A program made the translations under genes and the position numbers. Below, one piece after another: positions 52,340 to 64,000 of a DNA stretch of 64,000 bases (position 1 is its first letter; each line of letters begins with the position of its first letter). Origin of the DNA: Heptranchias perlo (Eukaryota); the NCBI RefSeq assembly GCF_035084215.1, contig NC_090347.1, positions 22,382,001-22,446,000 of the forward strand, given 5' to 3'. A model generated the notes under the pieces. That model searched no databases, was not told where the DNA came from, and was given only the letters and a program-made list of their open reading frames with translations.

Positions 52340-52960
52340 AGTTGAAGACATGGGTGAAAAGGCGGGAGAAGAAAAGCTCAGCATCACCTTGAGCTGAGAA
52401 TTCATTCAGCTGGAGACTTCGGAAGATGAAGCCAAGGCCCTTGCTGAAGACAGATCATTCAGGGTCAGAAAAGGAAAGTAAAGGGTGGTGGAGGGAGGGG
52501 GGGGTATGGGGGGGAAGGTCAGAGGAGATGGGGAAAGATCCTTAAAAAGGGTGAGGTGAGAAGATGAGATCGGGTCAGAAGAAAGTAAAGGGGAGGGAAG
52601 GGATTGGGAGATTGCCTGGCATCCAAGGTGTGCTCTAGTTTCTGGTCCTCACTGCACAAAAGGAGGATTAAAGTTTTGTTAAAGCCCGAGAGGAGATGGA
52701 GGAGGACATGAAACTGAGGAACAGGATGGCTGTAGAATAGATTGAGCCAATGCTGCTGAAGAAAGAGGTCAAGAACATTCATGCTATGGTGCATGGAGGA
52801 GAGAGTGGGTTATGTGAAATGCTGAGAGCCATGGTTAGTGAAGTGTTGAATATCACAAAGGTAACAATGAATCAAGGGTGGATCCAAAAGAGGAAGAGTG
52901 AAATTTAGCCGGAATCCACCTGGAATGAGTCAGAGCTGAAACCAGGTGTAGGGAAAATTT
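52340..52960 (-). mobile_element. Penelope-like element ORF N-terminal relic
   Basis: LIPGGFRLNFH...VLDLFLQQH...PQFHVLL...FSDPE*SVFSKGLGFI...LNEFSAQGDAELFFSR; the LS..E..VL.KGL.F motif is typical of Penelope ORFs. Confidence 0.7.
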
Positions 52961-53179
52961 CTGCAGCACTTCTGTGTTCTCATTTTCTCTTATTTTCTTG
53001 CCTTATTCTTTGGCGGGCCTCTCTTTCCGCTTTAGCTTTTCACACAAACTTTTGTTTCTTCATTGTCTCATTTGTATTCGCTGACTGAAATGATCTTTTA
53101 CATTATCCAACAATCTCCTGCTTTTCTTTTAAACTGGTTACAGGTCATTGAACAGGTACTTCCTCTCTGACCTTGGAGT

Positions 53180-53352
53180 ATCCGTTCTTCCCCTCCCCCT
53201 TTCTTTTTATGATTCTATTAAAATGCATGCTTATCTTTCAATTTTACTCCTGCAGAATGGCCTACCTGTCTGTTCATCCTCCATAGATCCTGGCTGATCT
53301 GCATTTCCAGCATTTTCCATTTTTATTATAGATTTCCAGTATCAGCAGGCTT
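53180..53352 (+). mobile_element. Degenerate Penelope-type terminal repeat
   Basis: ccatagat...tttccagcattttccatttttattatagatttccag matches 54410-54466 and 62120-62175. Confidence 0.55.
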
Positions 53353-54124
53353 TCTTTATTTTTGCTGTTTACGTCAAATAATTATTTTGCAGTCTTGAAA
53401 GAATCTTCTTTTTCTTTTCAAAATGTGAATGTTCAATATCCTGGAGTTTTGTCTCATTACGTTACATCAATGTAACCATTATCCACGTCAGGGAACTCTC
53501 TGAAGCATGCTGGGATAGTTTCTGAAGCATGCCGAAGACTGAAATCTGAATTCATTGTAATTTCTTTCATATCTCCATGACGTGGAATTATATCAAGCTC
53601 AATCTCAGGTATAAGTGACATGTGTATCAGGTGTTATGGTGTATAGTTTACTTGTATATTGTAAATGATATAACTTCAATCCATTATCATTACAGTTATG
53701 TACCAGGAAACAAAACCTGAAGCTATTGTTTGTTTCACAGTATCTTTGCAATAAAATTCCCTGTATCTACATTCTGGCCATCAAGCCAGTGCAACAATAT
53801 TGTTTTTCCTTGTTAGTTAAGGTTCTGGAGGTAATTTTCACTTTCACCATTTGGGTGGTGAATTGGAGGTGCAGCCACCCTCCATTAGCAGCACCTGCTG
53901 TCTGGGAGAAAATCTCCTCTTTACCACCGCCCCCATTTTCTCTCGAACAATAGGTGTTAATGGAGGGCGGCTGCACCAGAGCCATGGGGAGTGGAGGAGA
54001 TGTGGGCTGGGGGTCCCCTGTTGGTACAGGGCCGGCGGGGTGATCTGCACCCCTGGGGTTTACCAATCTTTCTTCCACCACATTTCCCGGCCATGGCAAC
54101 CTCCTCCGCTTTGCCAGATTTTCC

Positions 54125-54466
54125 ATGCTTCCCTCCCCTTCTGCTATTCTGCTGTACCCATTTACACCTCCTCTGGTCCCATCTTTTGTCTCTATACTTG
54201 TCCCATTATCACTCCCCTTTGCCTTGCACCATTATTCCCTTTGTCACTTAATCACTTCTGCCCTCCACTCTATCACAGACTTCTCCCTTTTGTTCTTTTC
54301 CTGTCCCCCTTATCCCCTGGCTCTGTATTTACTTAAAAGCTGTTCACTTCTAACATCTTCCAGCTCTGATGAAAGGTCGTTGACCTGAAACGTTAACTCT
54401 GTTTCTCCCTCTGCGCAGATGCTGCCTGACGTGCTGAGTGTTCTCCAGCATTTTCTGTCTTTATTT
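54125..54466 (+). mobile_element. Penelope-like 3' end / pseudo-LTR containing a minimal hammerhead motif
   Basis: Pyrimidine-rich tract, then ctgatgaaaggtcgttgacctgaaacgttaactctgtttc...cagatgctgcctgac.tgctgagt.tt.tccagcattttctg; also present at 62082-62175. Confidence 0.75.
54362..54398 (+). ncRNA. Minimal type I hammerhead ribozyme candidate
   Basis: CUGAUGA (54366-54372), an extra A, stem II AGGUC/GACCU, GAAA, palindromic ACGU stem III, and a short imperfect stem I agcu/aacu. Confidence 0.6.
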
Positions 54467-55831
54467 AGGAAGCCATTCTGCCAGTTCACCAACAGCCCCT
54501 GCAACCTCTGGAATATCCCTCCGGAAATAAGAGGGGTGGTGAATAAGCCTGTCCATATTTGGGCAAGTGTATTGCAAAGCCATATAAACAAAGGAAATAC
54601 ATCATCTGACATATTGCCCTTCAATGCTGCATTAGGGGGGTTGAAATACTGGTAAGTTCTGGTGACCAGTGTTGCTAAGAAGGCAGAAGGATTTTTAAAA
54701 TTTTAAATGCCCTGCAAGCTGAATGCAAAACAAATCACTGAACTTACCCATACAGTTAGTCCTTCAATGCTAGAAATGTCCAAGACATTTCTTCCCTGCA
54801 GGCCAACCCCTCTTTCTAGAATGAGATGGGGCTGGAACTCTGCCTCAGTCGCAGCGCTTGGACATTTCTCCTGGGTGCTGGCGAATTCCACCTGCTGCTG
54901 ACAAATTCTGTGTGTGCGCGTGTGAGAAAGGTGGATCATGAGAGTTACAGGTTTCACCACATCCGAGGAACAACTGCGTCAAGAGTGCACCATGTGCCTA
55001 TGACATGTGCCTATGACACTATACACTGTGTCCTGTACCGCTTGCCAGAAAATTTACAATCAACTGAAGCATAAGCAGTGAAGAAAACATCAAAAATAAA
55101 AGTGATTTTTTTTTTCCCCCCCAGTGTTTGATACAGTTTAAGCCCTTTAAAAAGAATTCTGAGCCAGTGGTATTTCTGAGGTATTTATAGCAGTCAGCGT
55201 CATTAAGTCAGGCTCTGAGGATATTGAATGACCATTGATTCAAAGTGATGGGCACTAGAGATTTGAGGGTCCAGAGAACCGGGGCCAATGACAACTTCAG
55301 CAAAAATTACAAGTCCAACATAAGGAGGAGGAGAAACAAATATCTTTTATAATTAAATAACTGAAAGGAAGGAGAAAGCTCTTGGGGAGGGAGGACAGAA
55401 ATTATGCTGTTAGATGTTCAAATATAAAATTATTTCAATTAGCAACAGGTTCTAAAATACAAGGCAGGGATAGCAAAACTTCAATGATATTTTGCACTGT
55501 GTTACAAGAGGCCATCTATTGCCCATCCCCTCCTATGTTATTTTCCTATGTTCCAATCTTGTTTTACACTGTTTTCATTTTTATTAAGCCAGGATAAATT
55601 AAAATATTAATTTAATTCCATGTGAAATCTTACTTAAGTAAAGGCTATGCATGGAGGTCACACAAAGAGCTGCGTCAAAGTAATAAAATTTAAACAATAG
55701 AGAAAGTATAAATTTTAATCACATTTTAGCAGGATGAAAATGTACTGCAATATATACCTTAGGCCATATACTGAGTGTTGCTTATCAGCTTTGAACACAT
55801 AATCCAAAAATGTCTAGATGAAAGCTAAAAA

Positions 55832-55922
55832 TTGGAAATCAGAGATAAAAACAGAAAATGCTAGAAATACACAGCAGGTCTGGAAGCATTCAAAAGAAAA
55901 AAGATAGCTTAATGTTCAGACC
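55832..55922 (-). mobile_element. Penelope-type terminal repeat fragment
   Basis: ggaaatcagagataaaaacagaaaatgctagaaatacacagcaggtctggaagcat resembles the left arm at 62018-62081. Confidence 0.65.
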
Positions 55923-56517
55923 AAAAACATATGCTCAATGTTATATGCAGTGCTGCTTGCTTGCTTCACGTTAGACATACACCATTACTTGTCAGCCTTT
56001 ATCACATATTCGCTGCCTTGTTACACATGTACTGTTGCATATCAGCCTATACATGTCTGCTTGGTTATGTATATACTGTGGCACATCTTCCACACGTTAC
56101 GTCAACACTGCCACAAGAGCTGATTCTTTTCAAGCCCCTCCTCTCATAATGCAGGACCACACCACGAGATCACAGTCAGTTCTGTGCTGTGGACTCTATA
56201 TGCTAACTGTATGCATTGCTATAGGTTTGCACCAAAACTGAGGAAAAGGTAAGCCAAAAATTGTTTGTTTATATATATTTTTTTTTCACTCAATTAAATC
56301 AGTACATTATACAAAATAAACCACTCATGTCATTCCATGAGTTATGTGTCCAATACTTCAAGTCTCAAGTGGTTAATTTTACATAAAGCACCAGTCCCTG
56401 ATCTGTATCCTCAATTGATTATGGAGGGGGTTTGTATTGGAACTTTCTCAATTAAAAACAGTGGAAGCACTTGTGTATTTGTAAAAGTCGTCCTGCCTGG
56501 ATGAAGATGCATTTCTT

Positions 56518-56534
56518 CTGCCCTCTAGTGTTCC
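56518..56534 (-). promoter_or_regulatory. CTCF-like motif
   Basis: The reverse complement ggaacactagagggcag is close to the CTCF core CCASYAGRKGGCRS; motif match only. Confidence 0.3.
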
Positions 56535-56854
56535 TGTTGTTTACTAATTGGGAACACAGGTCGAGATTACTGCAACAGTGGTTGAGCAATGCCGAAGCAA
56601 AGAAACAGAGTCCTGAAAAGAATTCTTTGTAAAGTCCTCATAAGTGACCCAGCCAGCAAGAAGAATATGTTAGTTCAAAGTGGTGGAATCCAGTATCAAC
56701 AATGTTTAAGCAATAATAAAGTCAGAGAGAAGAGTTTTAGAAATGAGTACTTGGAAACTTGCACTGTTAATTAACTATTACAAGAGACCAAATGCACACT
56801 AATAGTCACACACCCAACTGCAGCATGGAAACATAACATTGTAATGTTCTGGAC

Positions 56855-57117
56855 AGCAGAACATCATTGGCCCATCTAGTCTACTCTACCAAATCACTCA
56901 GCAGTTTTCTGATCATGATCCTGGAACTAATAGCCCTGTATCCCCTTTCCTAATAGGAATTTATCCAGTCCTTTTTTAGACCAGGCCATGATTTTCTGTC
57001 CTACCATTATGTTGGTAATGAGTTCCGCAATGCTATCACCCCCTCACTAAATAAAACTCATTGCCTAAATTTTCTACTTTCTTTTGAACCATTAACTTAA
57101 ACTATGTCCTCTAGTCA
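56855..57117 (-). mobile_element. Old CR1 3' fragment
   Basis: ggcccatctagtct...atttatccagtcctttttt...gagttcc...ttaaactatgtcctctagt (reverse complement encodes TRGH.L and LDKF motifs). Confidence 0.65.
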
Positions 57118-57775
57118 GGAGCGGCATTTCTCTTGTGGGGACCCCGTGTAAAGGTTCGGTTTGTGGCCCCTACATTTTACGAGACAATGCTACTAAAAAC
57201 TACCAACTTAATCTGGTGTCATATCAGTTGTCTGAGCTTTGACACCTGTTTATTTGCCAACTTTTTTTTTAATAAAAAAGAAAAGAATAAATAGAGGTAA
57301 AAAGGAAATGAATAACAGGGTCTGTCTCTGCAACGGATTTGATTTAATTTGTAATTCTATGCGTTACACACGCTGTTATCTTTGGTATTTATATTCTACT
57401 GTTAAATGTTAGGGACTTCTATTCCACAATCTTATTCAGCACCTGGGAAGTGCAACTGTCATTTCCCAGTATGTAGAATCACTTAGACATTTTGTGTAGA
57501 AATACTATTTAATAGGTCAGAGGAGACAGTAAGAACAACCACACAACCGATTACATTTATGGCAAGAAATACATTTTTTTTTGTAAATAAGATGTATTTG
57601 AGAGAGATATTTGCTCTTGAGAGTCGCCATTGGGTGAGGAGTGGTATCAGAGAAGGGACCTTTTCTATCCAAGGGGTGAGGTGGACAACAGAATTAAGAA
57701 TATTATGATTAGAAATGTGTGGTCAGAGCATGCATTATTTATGATTGAGAGTCAGGCTTGAAAGTTGAGGTAAAA

Positions 57776-57865
57776 AATCAGATCAGCCATGATCTCATTA
57801 AATGGCGGAGCAGGCTCGAGGGGCTGAATAGCCAACTCCTGCTCCTATTTCTTATGGCTCTTATA
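57776..57865 (+). mobile_element. CR1 3'UTR tail fragment
   Basis: gatcagccatgatctcattaaatggcggagcaggctcgaggggctgaatagccaactcctgctcctatttcttatg matches the reverse complement of 21560-21635. Confidence 0.8.
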
Positions 57866-58399
57866 GTCTAGGCTGGGCTAAAGAGGGTGAGGGAGAGAGA
57901 TGGACTCAGAATTCCTGAAACCCCAGCAGAACTTTAAACAATTGAGGACAGCTATCGTCGGGAACAGTCAGCCATTCCTTCATTATGACATACACAGAAA
58001 GGCATCAGTTCACTCAGAAAATTTACTGAGTTTAGGAGATTATCAGACGACATGGGGGCCAATGACTGATTTACTTTTTATTTATTCTAAGTAGCATGCC
58101 ATCATCATTTTGAGATGTGAAAAATGTTTATTTTGATTTTGCAAAAATGAGTTAGGGTAAAGGAGGTTGTTTGCTCATATTCATTAATTTCAAACTCATC
58201 TCAAATTGTAAACCTCTCAGGAAGCCTCTTACGGAATGAAAATAAAATAATTAATATTTCAATATGTATTTTAAAGATGTGAATGAAGACATTGAAATTT
58301 GTGCACATTTTATTTTATATTTATAAATAAGCAAACTGGATCCACTCAGGGCCCAGTGGAACTGCATGGGTTGGACAGGCTTAATGCCGCCCCTGCCTC

Positions 58400-59220
58400 T
58401 AGTCCTTGAACTCTGTTCCTTATGAATGAACTCTGGATCCAAATTCTTCACCCTATTCTCCTCTTCTCCAGAAACTAAAGTCCAGAGATACACAATCTTT
58501 CCTCATAACTCAGGCCTCTGAGTTTAGAAATCTGTCTAACTACCCTCCTCTGAGTTCTCTCCAACAATATTACGTCTCTCTGGTAATAAGGAAACTAAAA
58601 TTGAAGACAGAATCCCAGATGTGGCCTTACAAAGGCAGGATACAAGTTCAACATCACCCCTTTAGATTTAAAAGTCACACCCTTAGCTATGCATCCAGAC
58701 ATTTTATTTGCTTTCATCAAATCTGCAAACATTAAATCAAACCCCCAGATCGCTTCCGTGCTCTATCACCTCAAACATTTTACCATTTAATATGTATTGT
58801 TCATTTTCACTTCTACCACCTAAACTCATGACTTGTACATCTGTATCGAACTCCATCTGCCACCTCTCTGCCCACTGACCTAGTCGTCACACTTTTACAA
58901 GTATTTTTAGCACTAATGGCCACTGCACTCAACCTGGTATCATATCCAAACTTAGACATGTTGGACAATATTCCGTTCTCCAAATAATTTATTAATAAAA
59001 ATATAAACAGCAGCCTCAACACTGATCTCTGTGAGACTCTACTGGCAACCAGTTTCCATTCTGGCATCTTACCATGCACTAACACCTTTTTCTGTCTAGC
59101 TTTCAGCCATGCATCAGTGCAGCCTAATACATCGCCATCAATCCCATGTCAGTGTCAAATGCCTTCCCGCAATTCAGGTAGATAATATCCACTGCCTCAC
59201 CCTCATCAACCACTTGGTCA
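58400..59220 (-). mobile_element. Old CR1 RT relic
   Basis: WKLVASRVSQRSVLRLLFIFLLINYL...MSKFGYDTRL is a degenerate W..V.SGVPQGSVLGPLLF..INDL...KFADDTKL. Confidence 0.85.
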
Positions 59221-59399
59221 GTTCACTAGCATAGCTTCAAGTGTACATTTGAATATATCTGAAGAGCAGACTGGTGGTGGGAGCAGGAAGGTGGGTGTAT
59301 GGGAAATTTAAATGGGTGGCGACTATTAAAAGGGACATAACTTCTGAAAGCTATTGGAGAATCGGAACGTACAACAACCCATTATCAGCCTTGATCAAG

Positions 59400-59900
59400 G
59401 TTGAAGGGGCATGGGATTAAGAAGAGAGACACAAAGTTGAAGGTGGAGGAAACATAAGGTACAGGCATGAGTCTGGAGGCAAGTGAAGGAACAGTACAGC
59501 TCCCGATCCCCCATTTGATGGCTACTGAAGCTGATGTTGCAAGAGATGGTTGTGGGGAGGGTTGCCCTCTCTTTGACACCACGGTACCATGTCCATGGTT
59601 CAGCATTGTAGCAATTCTGCAAGGAGATGGAGACAGGTTTCAGGTCATAGCTGACCATTACCCTCACTGCCTATGTCTACCCAATGATGTGTGGTAGCTG
59701 CAGGTATCCTTGCAACAGATGGCACAGTATTCCATCTGCTTCTTTGCTGACCCAGACCCTGAGAAGACATATCCTCATGGCCATAGGTATGCCATGTCCT
59801 GCAGAAATGATTAGTAGTATCTTGGTAGGTGCAGCCAAGCAGGTGGTGCTAGCTATTAATCACCCTGCCTTGCCTTCTTTTGTCCAGTTACTGAAAGCAT
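59400..59900 (-). mobile_element. Highly decayed Harbinger transposase N-terminal relic
   Basis: CLLRVWVSKEADGILCHLLQGYLQ parallels QVSRELVAHLYLLL and LSRNVLTDL in the other relics. Confidence 0.45.
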
Positions 59901-61500
59901 GTCATCCTATGATTGGGGTGCTTTCATGGAAGGATTTTACATATTTTTGTGATGCCATCAAAGATCTAACATCACAACTTCATTTAGGAAGAGGAACTCC
60001 ACCAGCACTAATTATCTGCCAAAGCAAGGTATTTTCACCTCTGTCTACAGACGCGGGTGTGTGGGTACCAATGAGTGGGTACAAAGCATCCCTTGTGCAT
60101 TCTGATCAGCCTGTCATCTCTCTGCATGTGGTTCTCCTCTTCTTCTAGCCATGTTCAATGGGGGAATTCCATTGGAAAATACAGTGGTGTGGAAAAATGG
60201 TGAAGAAGTGGCTAAAATACACCCCATTACCTTAATTCGTCCTTTCCATGACCTTTAGAATATTTACTGCAGGCTAACAACCCTGGACGCCCATTTCAAA
60301 TGGGTGTGTTGTGTGCAGAACAGTGGGAAATGGCGTGCCAGACTGACTCAACCCAAATTAATTTGAGAGTGAAACAGCCACTCATTTGAAGAGGGTGTCT
60401 CTATTTCTGCCCATCACAAAACGTGCTGGGACATAAAACCAGTGTATTTTCAATGGGGGGGTTGGGGGGCTGGCTTTCACTGATGCTCAATAACCAACTG
60501 ACAAATTACTGACCGACAGTTGGGTGTTATAGGTAGGAAAATCCGGGCTGGAGTGTGTGAAACTTCACCAGTGCCACTGCTACTTTTGTAATTTCAGCCC
60601 TTTCATCATATGATTCTGCACCATTTATCATCATCTCTCTGATGCGATGATAGAAAAAAAAACTGTGTAGGTATCTCATTCATGCACTCATTACCAAATT
60701 AGCTCTTTGACTCTACTAATTGTTTTACACTTTAATAGATACAGTTTACTGTCATTTGGGGATAGTGTAAATCAATTGCACATAACACAGTTTAAAAAAA
60801 AACATTTTGAAAATGGAATTGAAGTGGGAATTACTGAGATGAAGGCACCAGTGGCCCTCTTAGAAGTTTGTTGATCCCTTCCTTTCAAGATTGGACTCAG
60901 ACTCAGAGGAGGTATCCTGAGAAGAAACAGTAACATTTAGTTGATGGTGAAAAGATAACAGGCAGCGTAAAAATATTCAAGAGTATTCTTCACAGTGGGA
61001 GAAGCAATACTGTCATCAGTACTGAAAAGCTATGCCTCAGGATGTCACTTCTATGGGCTGTTGCTTTAATGAACTTCCTGACAAATTACCTGTCTGCTTT
61101 CACTAACGTTTGTGCCATAGTGTGAACAGAGCAGTTTTATCTCATAATAAATATGTTTGGCAAAATGATTACATACGGCAGATGTTCTACTTTTGTAGTT
61201 TTGAATCCTAGCAAGTGCCATATAACCCTATAGAGGACAGTATTAATGGTGGTTTCAACTGACTCGTAGTGGCTCCAGCAGGGATAGCTAACAATCCTTT
61301 AACAGACAACAGCAAAACGGGTATAATAAGATCGACACTTAATTGTCAAATTGAAAATTCATTCTGGTCTTCGAGTAATTCTCAACACTGAACATTTCTT
61401 CTGTGTAACGGTATTCTAGCCATAGTAATTGCACTCTTTTGCTTGGAACAACTGAAAGGGAGAAAGCGGAGCAGTTAGCAAATGACAATTTTTTTTAAAA

Positions 61501-61895
61501 GTTGCATTTGTACGGCACCTTATGTTGACGTGTCTCAAATTACTTCACACAATGAATTGCTGTTGAAAGTAGTGACTGTGATGTAGTCAAACATCACAGC
61601 CATTCTACAAACAAAAGACCCTACAAACAATGAGATGAATGACTCTCTAGGATGGCAGCTTGGACATCCCGGTCTCATAAATGCTGTCTCTTGTACCCCT
61701 GACCCAGTTTTTTGCTGGTGTTGGTTGAGAGACAAATGTTGGCCAGGACACAAGGAGAAGTCTGCGCTTCTTTCAATAGTGGCATGGGATCTTTAATGCT
61801 CACCCGAAACATTACACAGACAGATGGGACCTCGGGTTAACATCTTATCTGGAGGGGACGCCCCTGACAGTGCAACATTCTTTCAGCACTGCAGT
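61501..61895 (-). mobile_element. Deu-domain SINE (SacSINE1-like)
   Basis: aaatgttggccaggacac...aatagtggcatgggatcttt...gggacctcgggttaacatcttatc...gacagtgcaaca, with tail ttgcattt. Confidence 0.78.
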
Positions 61896-61977
61896 GAGCC
61901 AAGCTGAGGCACTTTTCCCCATTACAGAGTGAAGCTTGTAAAAATATTTTCACATTGCCATTTAACCTCCTCTAAAT

Positions 61978-62174
61978 CAAAAGCAAAATACTGCTGAATG
62001 CTGGAAATCTGAAAATCTGAAATAAAAACAGAAAGTGCTGGAAATACTCAGCAAGTCAGGCAGCATCTGTAGAGAAAAACAAAGGGTCATCGACCTGAAA
62101 CGTTAACTCTGTTTCTTTCTCCACAGATGCTGCCTGACTTGCTGAGTATTTCCAGCATTTTCTGTTTCTATTTC
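61978..62174. mobile_element. Fold-back Penelope terminal-repeat insertion with 13-bp TSD
   Basis: About 60-bp inverted arms at 62018-62081 and 62110-62175, with flanking direct repeat acctcctctaaat at 61965-61977 and 62175-62187. Confidence 0.8.
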
Positions 62175-62634
62175 ACCTCCTCTAAATTGTGTTACTGTGA
62201 GAGAAGTAAGGTTTGCAGGCCTGTCGTTTATGCTACCAGTATTTGGGATAGTTCCTTGGTTTTGTGTAATCTGTACAGGTACACAAAATGAAAGAGTTGC
62301 ATGTAGAATTTTCCAATAAACAAAATCCATCATTTGCTTTATAATCCATTTAACACAATTAATCAATTAAGGTAGTAAGTGCACACACACTTGAATTTTA
62401 AAATGACATTTTGGAAGCTTGCCCTTCATTTCAATTCATCTGTCCAATTCAAAGAATACTTTTCACCTTTTAAAATAAAATAATGTAAGAATTTGGACTA
62501 CATTTAAAGGTGAGCATCAGCCTCTATGTAAAACATGATACAGATCATGCAAGCAGGCTAAAACTCATGTGCAATTGGCATCAGTATGCCACAAGCACAA
62601 CCTGGGTCTGGTTGTGCTCAGGTGCTAAATACAA

Positions 62635-62820
62635 GGGGTAAATTTAATCTAACCCACCTGGCAGGAAACTGATTGGATCGGATCGGCCGCCCTCATTACG
62701 ACCCGCCCGATTTGGCTTTCGATTGAAGACAATGGAAAGTAAATTCGAGCAGTGTGTAAAATCGACAGCCCGTCCGATCCCATCAGTTTCCCGCTGGGTG
62801 TGTTAGTTAAAATTATCCCC
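62635..62820. mobile_element. Palindromic MITE
   Basis: Ends ggggtaaatttaatctaac / gttagttaaaattatcccc and inner arms ggaaactgattggatcgga / tccgatcccatcagtttcc; no clean TSD. Confidence 0.72.
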
Positions 62821-64000
62821 ACGGTTTTCTCCTCAGGAGACTGGAGTGGCACTAAAACTACAAATGAATATAGCTAGCAGTAATCTGCTGGAAACATCAC
62901 CATACTGGAATCAATAGCAGAGTTAAGGCAGCTTACAGTGTTATGCAAGTTATTTTAATTATATAATTGGCTTCAGTAACAAGTCAATTACCTCCCAATA
63001 AGTTTTATTTACTACCTTTCTTTATCCATCTTTATAATCAGATCTGTTTCCTCTGCTTAGTAACCTTTGCATTGTGATTAGAACTGCCAGTTCTTTATTG
63101 CTCAATTATCTTCCAGCTTGTTTTTCATTCTTTTACTCCTATACAAAGCATTTATGCTCCACCATTTGATGTTCTCAGATGAGTTTGCCTCCTTCTACTG
63201 TGCTGTTACCTTGAAACTGAAAATGGACTGTGTACAAATAGGTCAAGAATTGAAAATTGATTTCATTAATGTAGCCTGTACGAATCAACCAGCCCTCCTG
63301 TATTAATTTTCTATACATCAACTGACACAGCAATGTACTTGAAAAGTTAATATTTCTGGACGATCTCTCTGTTTCTCCTGCTTGCTTGGGTTGGTGTTCT
63401 TGTCAAAATATCTGAGATAGTTTTCAATTCTCCATAAATGCTGCATCATGGAGCATTTACTTGATAGACGGCAAATATGTAGGTGTTAAAAACTTCCGTG
63501 ATCCTGGCAAGTCTGTCAAAATACATAGAATATGGCTTGCTGAAAATCGATAAATCTAAAAAGATCATCCCCTTTGTGATATTTCAGCACGATGACAGCC
63601 AGCTGACACACCCCTTCCGCTGAAGTAACGGTGGAGTATGTCAAAGTTTTTTTTTCAAATTACGCCAGACTACTAGTGAAATTGTGAATGCATCTAAATG
63701 GTTCAATTGCAGCTGTGATGTGTATGTTGACACCAGATCCTCTCAATGTTGGTGGTGTCATGTAAATCCCCTAAATCAGCCAACCTGAAGCACACTATTA
63801 TAAATACCCTGTACAGAAGCAGTGAGTCAGACTAAAATGCATTCTTAGCATACAAATCAAACGCCTTTAGGTACAATCAATTGTCTTGAAATAAAATTCA
63901 ACACTTTGCTTAGGCAACTTAAGCTACTAACACCTCATTCATTTTGTTATTCCCCTCACTCAAGCTCCGATTTTCCTAAAATGGACATAAAGCATCTCCA

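Noticed and set aside
53851-54336. 161-aa plus-strand ORF
   Set aside because: It runs through a hairpin and a Penelope pyrimidine-rich end, with no domain signal.

Overview
This is eukaryotic, AT-rich, CpG-depleted DNA with no host protein-coding gene, rRNA, tRNA or CRISPR array that I can support. The repeat complement (CR1 and L2 LINEs, Deu-domain SINEs of SacSINE1 type, Penelope ends, many Harbinger relics) points to a cartilaginous fish, probably a shark; this is inferred from recognised repeat families. The window looks like intergenic or deep intronic sequence. It holds four young 5'-truncated copies of one CR1-group LINE plus an older copy, several canonical CR1 fragments, a split L2, and Deu-SINEs. 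It also holds four decayed Harbinger transposases with Myb/SANT partner relics, palindromic MITEs, a probable solo LTR and Penelope fragments. Nearly all long ORFs in the track are TE frames or their antisense shadows. The most notable details are a minimal hammerhead-ribozyme core in a Penelope end, a fold-back Penelope insertion with a 13-bp TSD, a locally templated 21-nt insertion inside a LINE, and a chimeric ~830-bp insertion splitting an L2. I found no convincing new multi-gene system. Repeat boundaries were estimated by eye and family names come from recall, not database searches.
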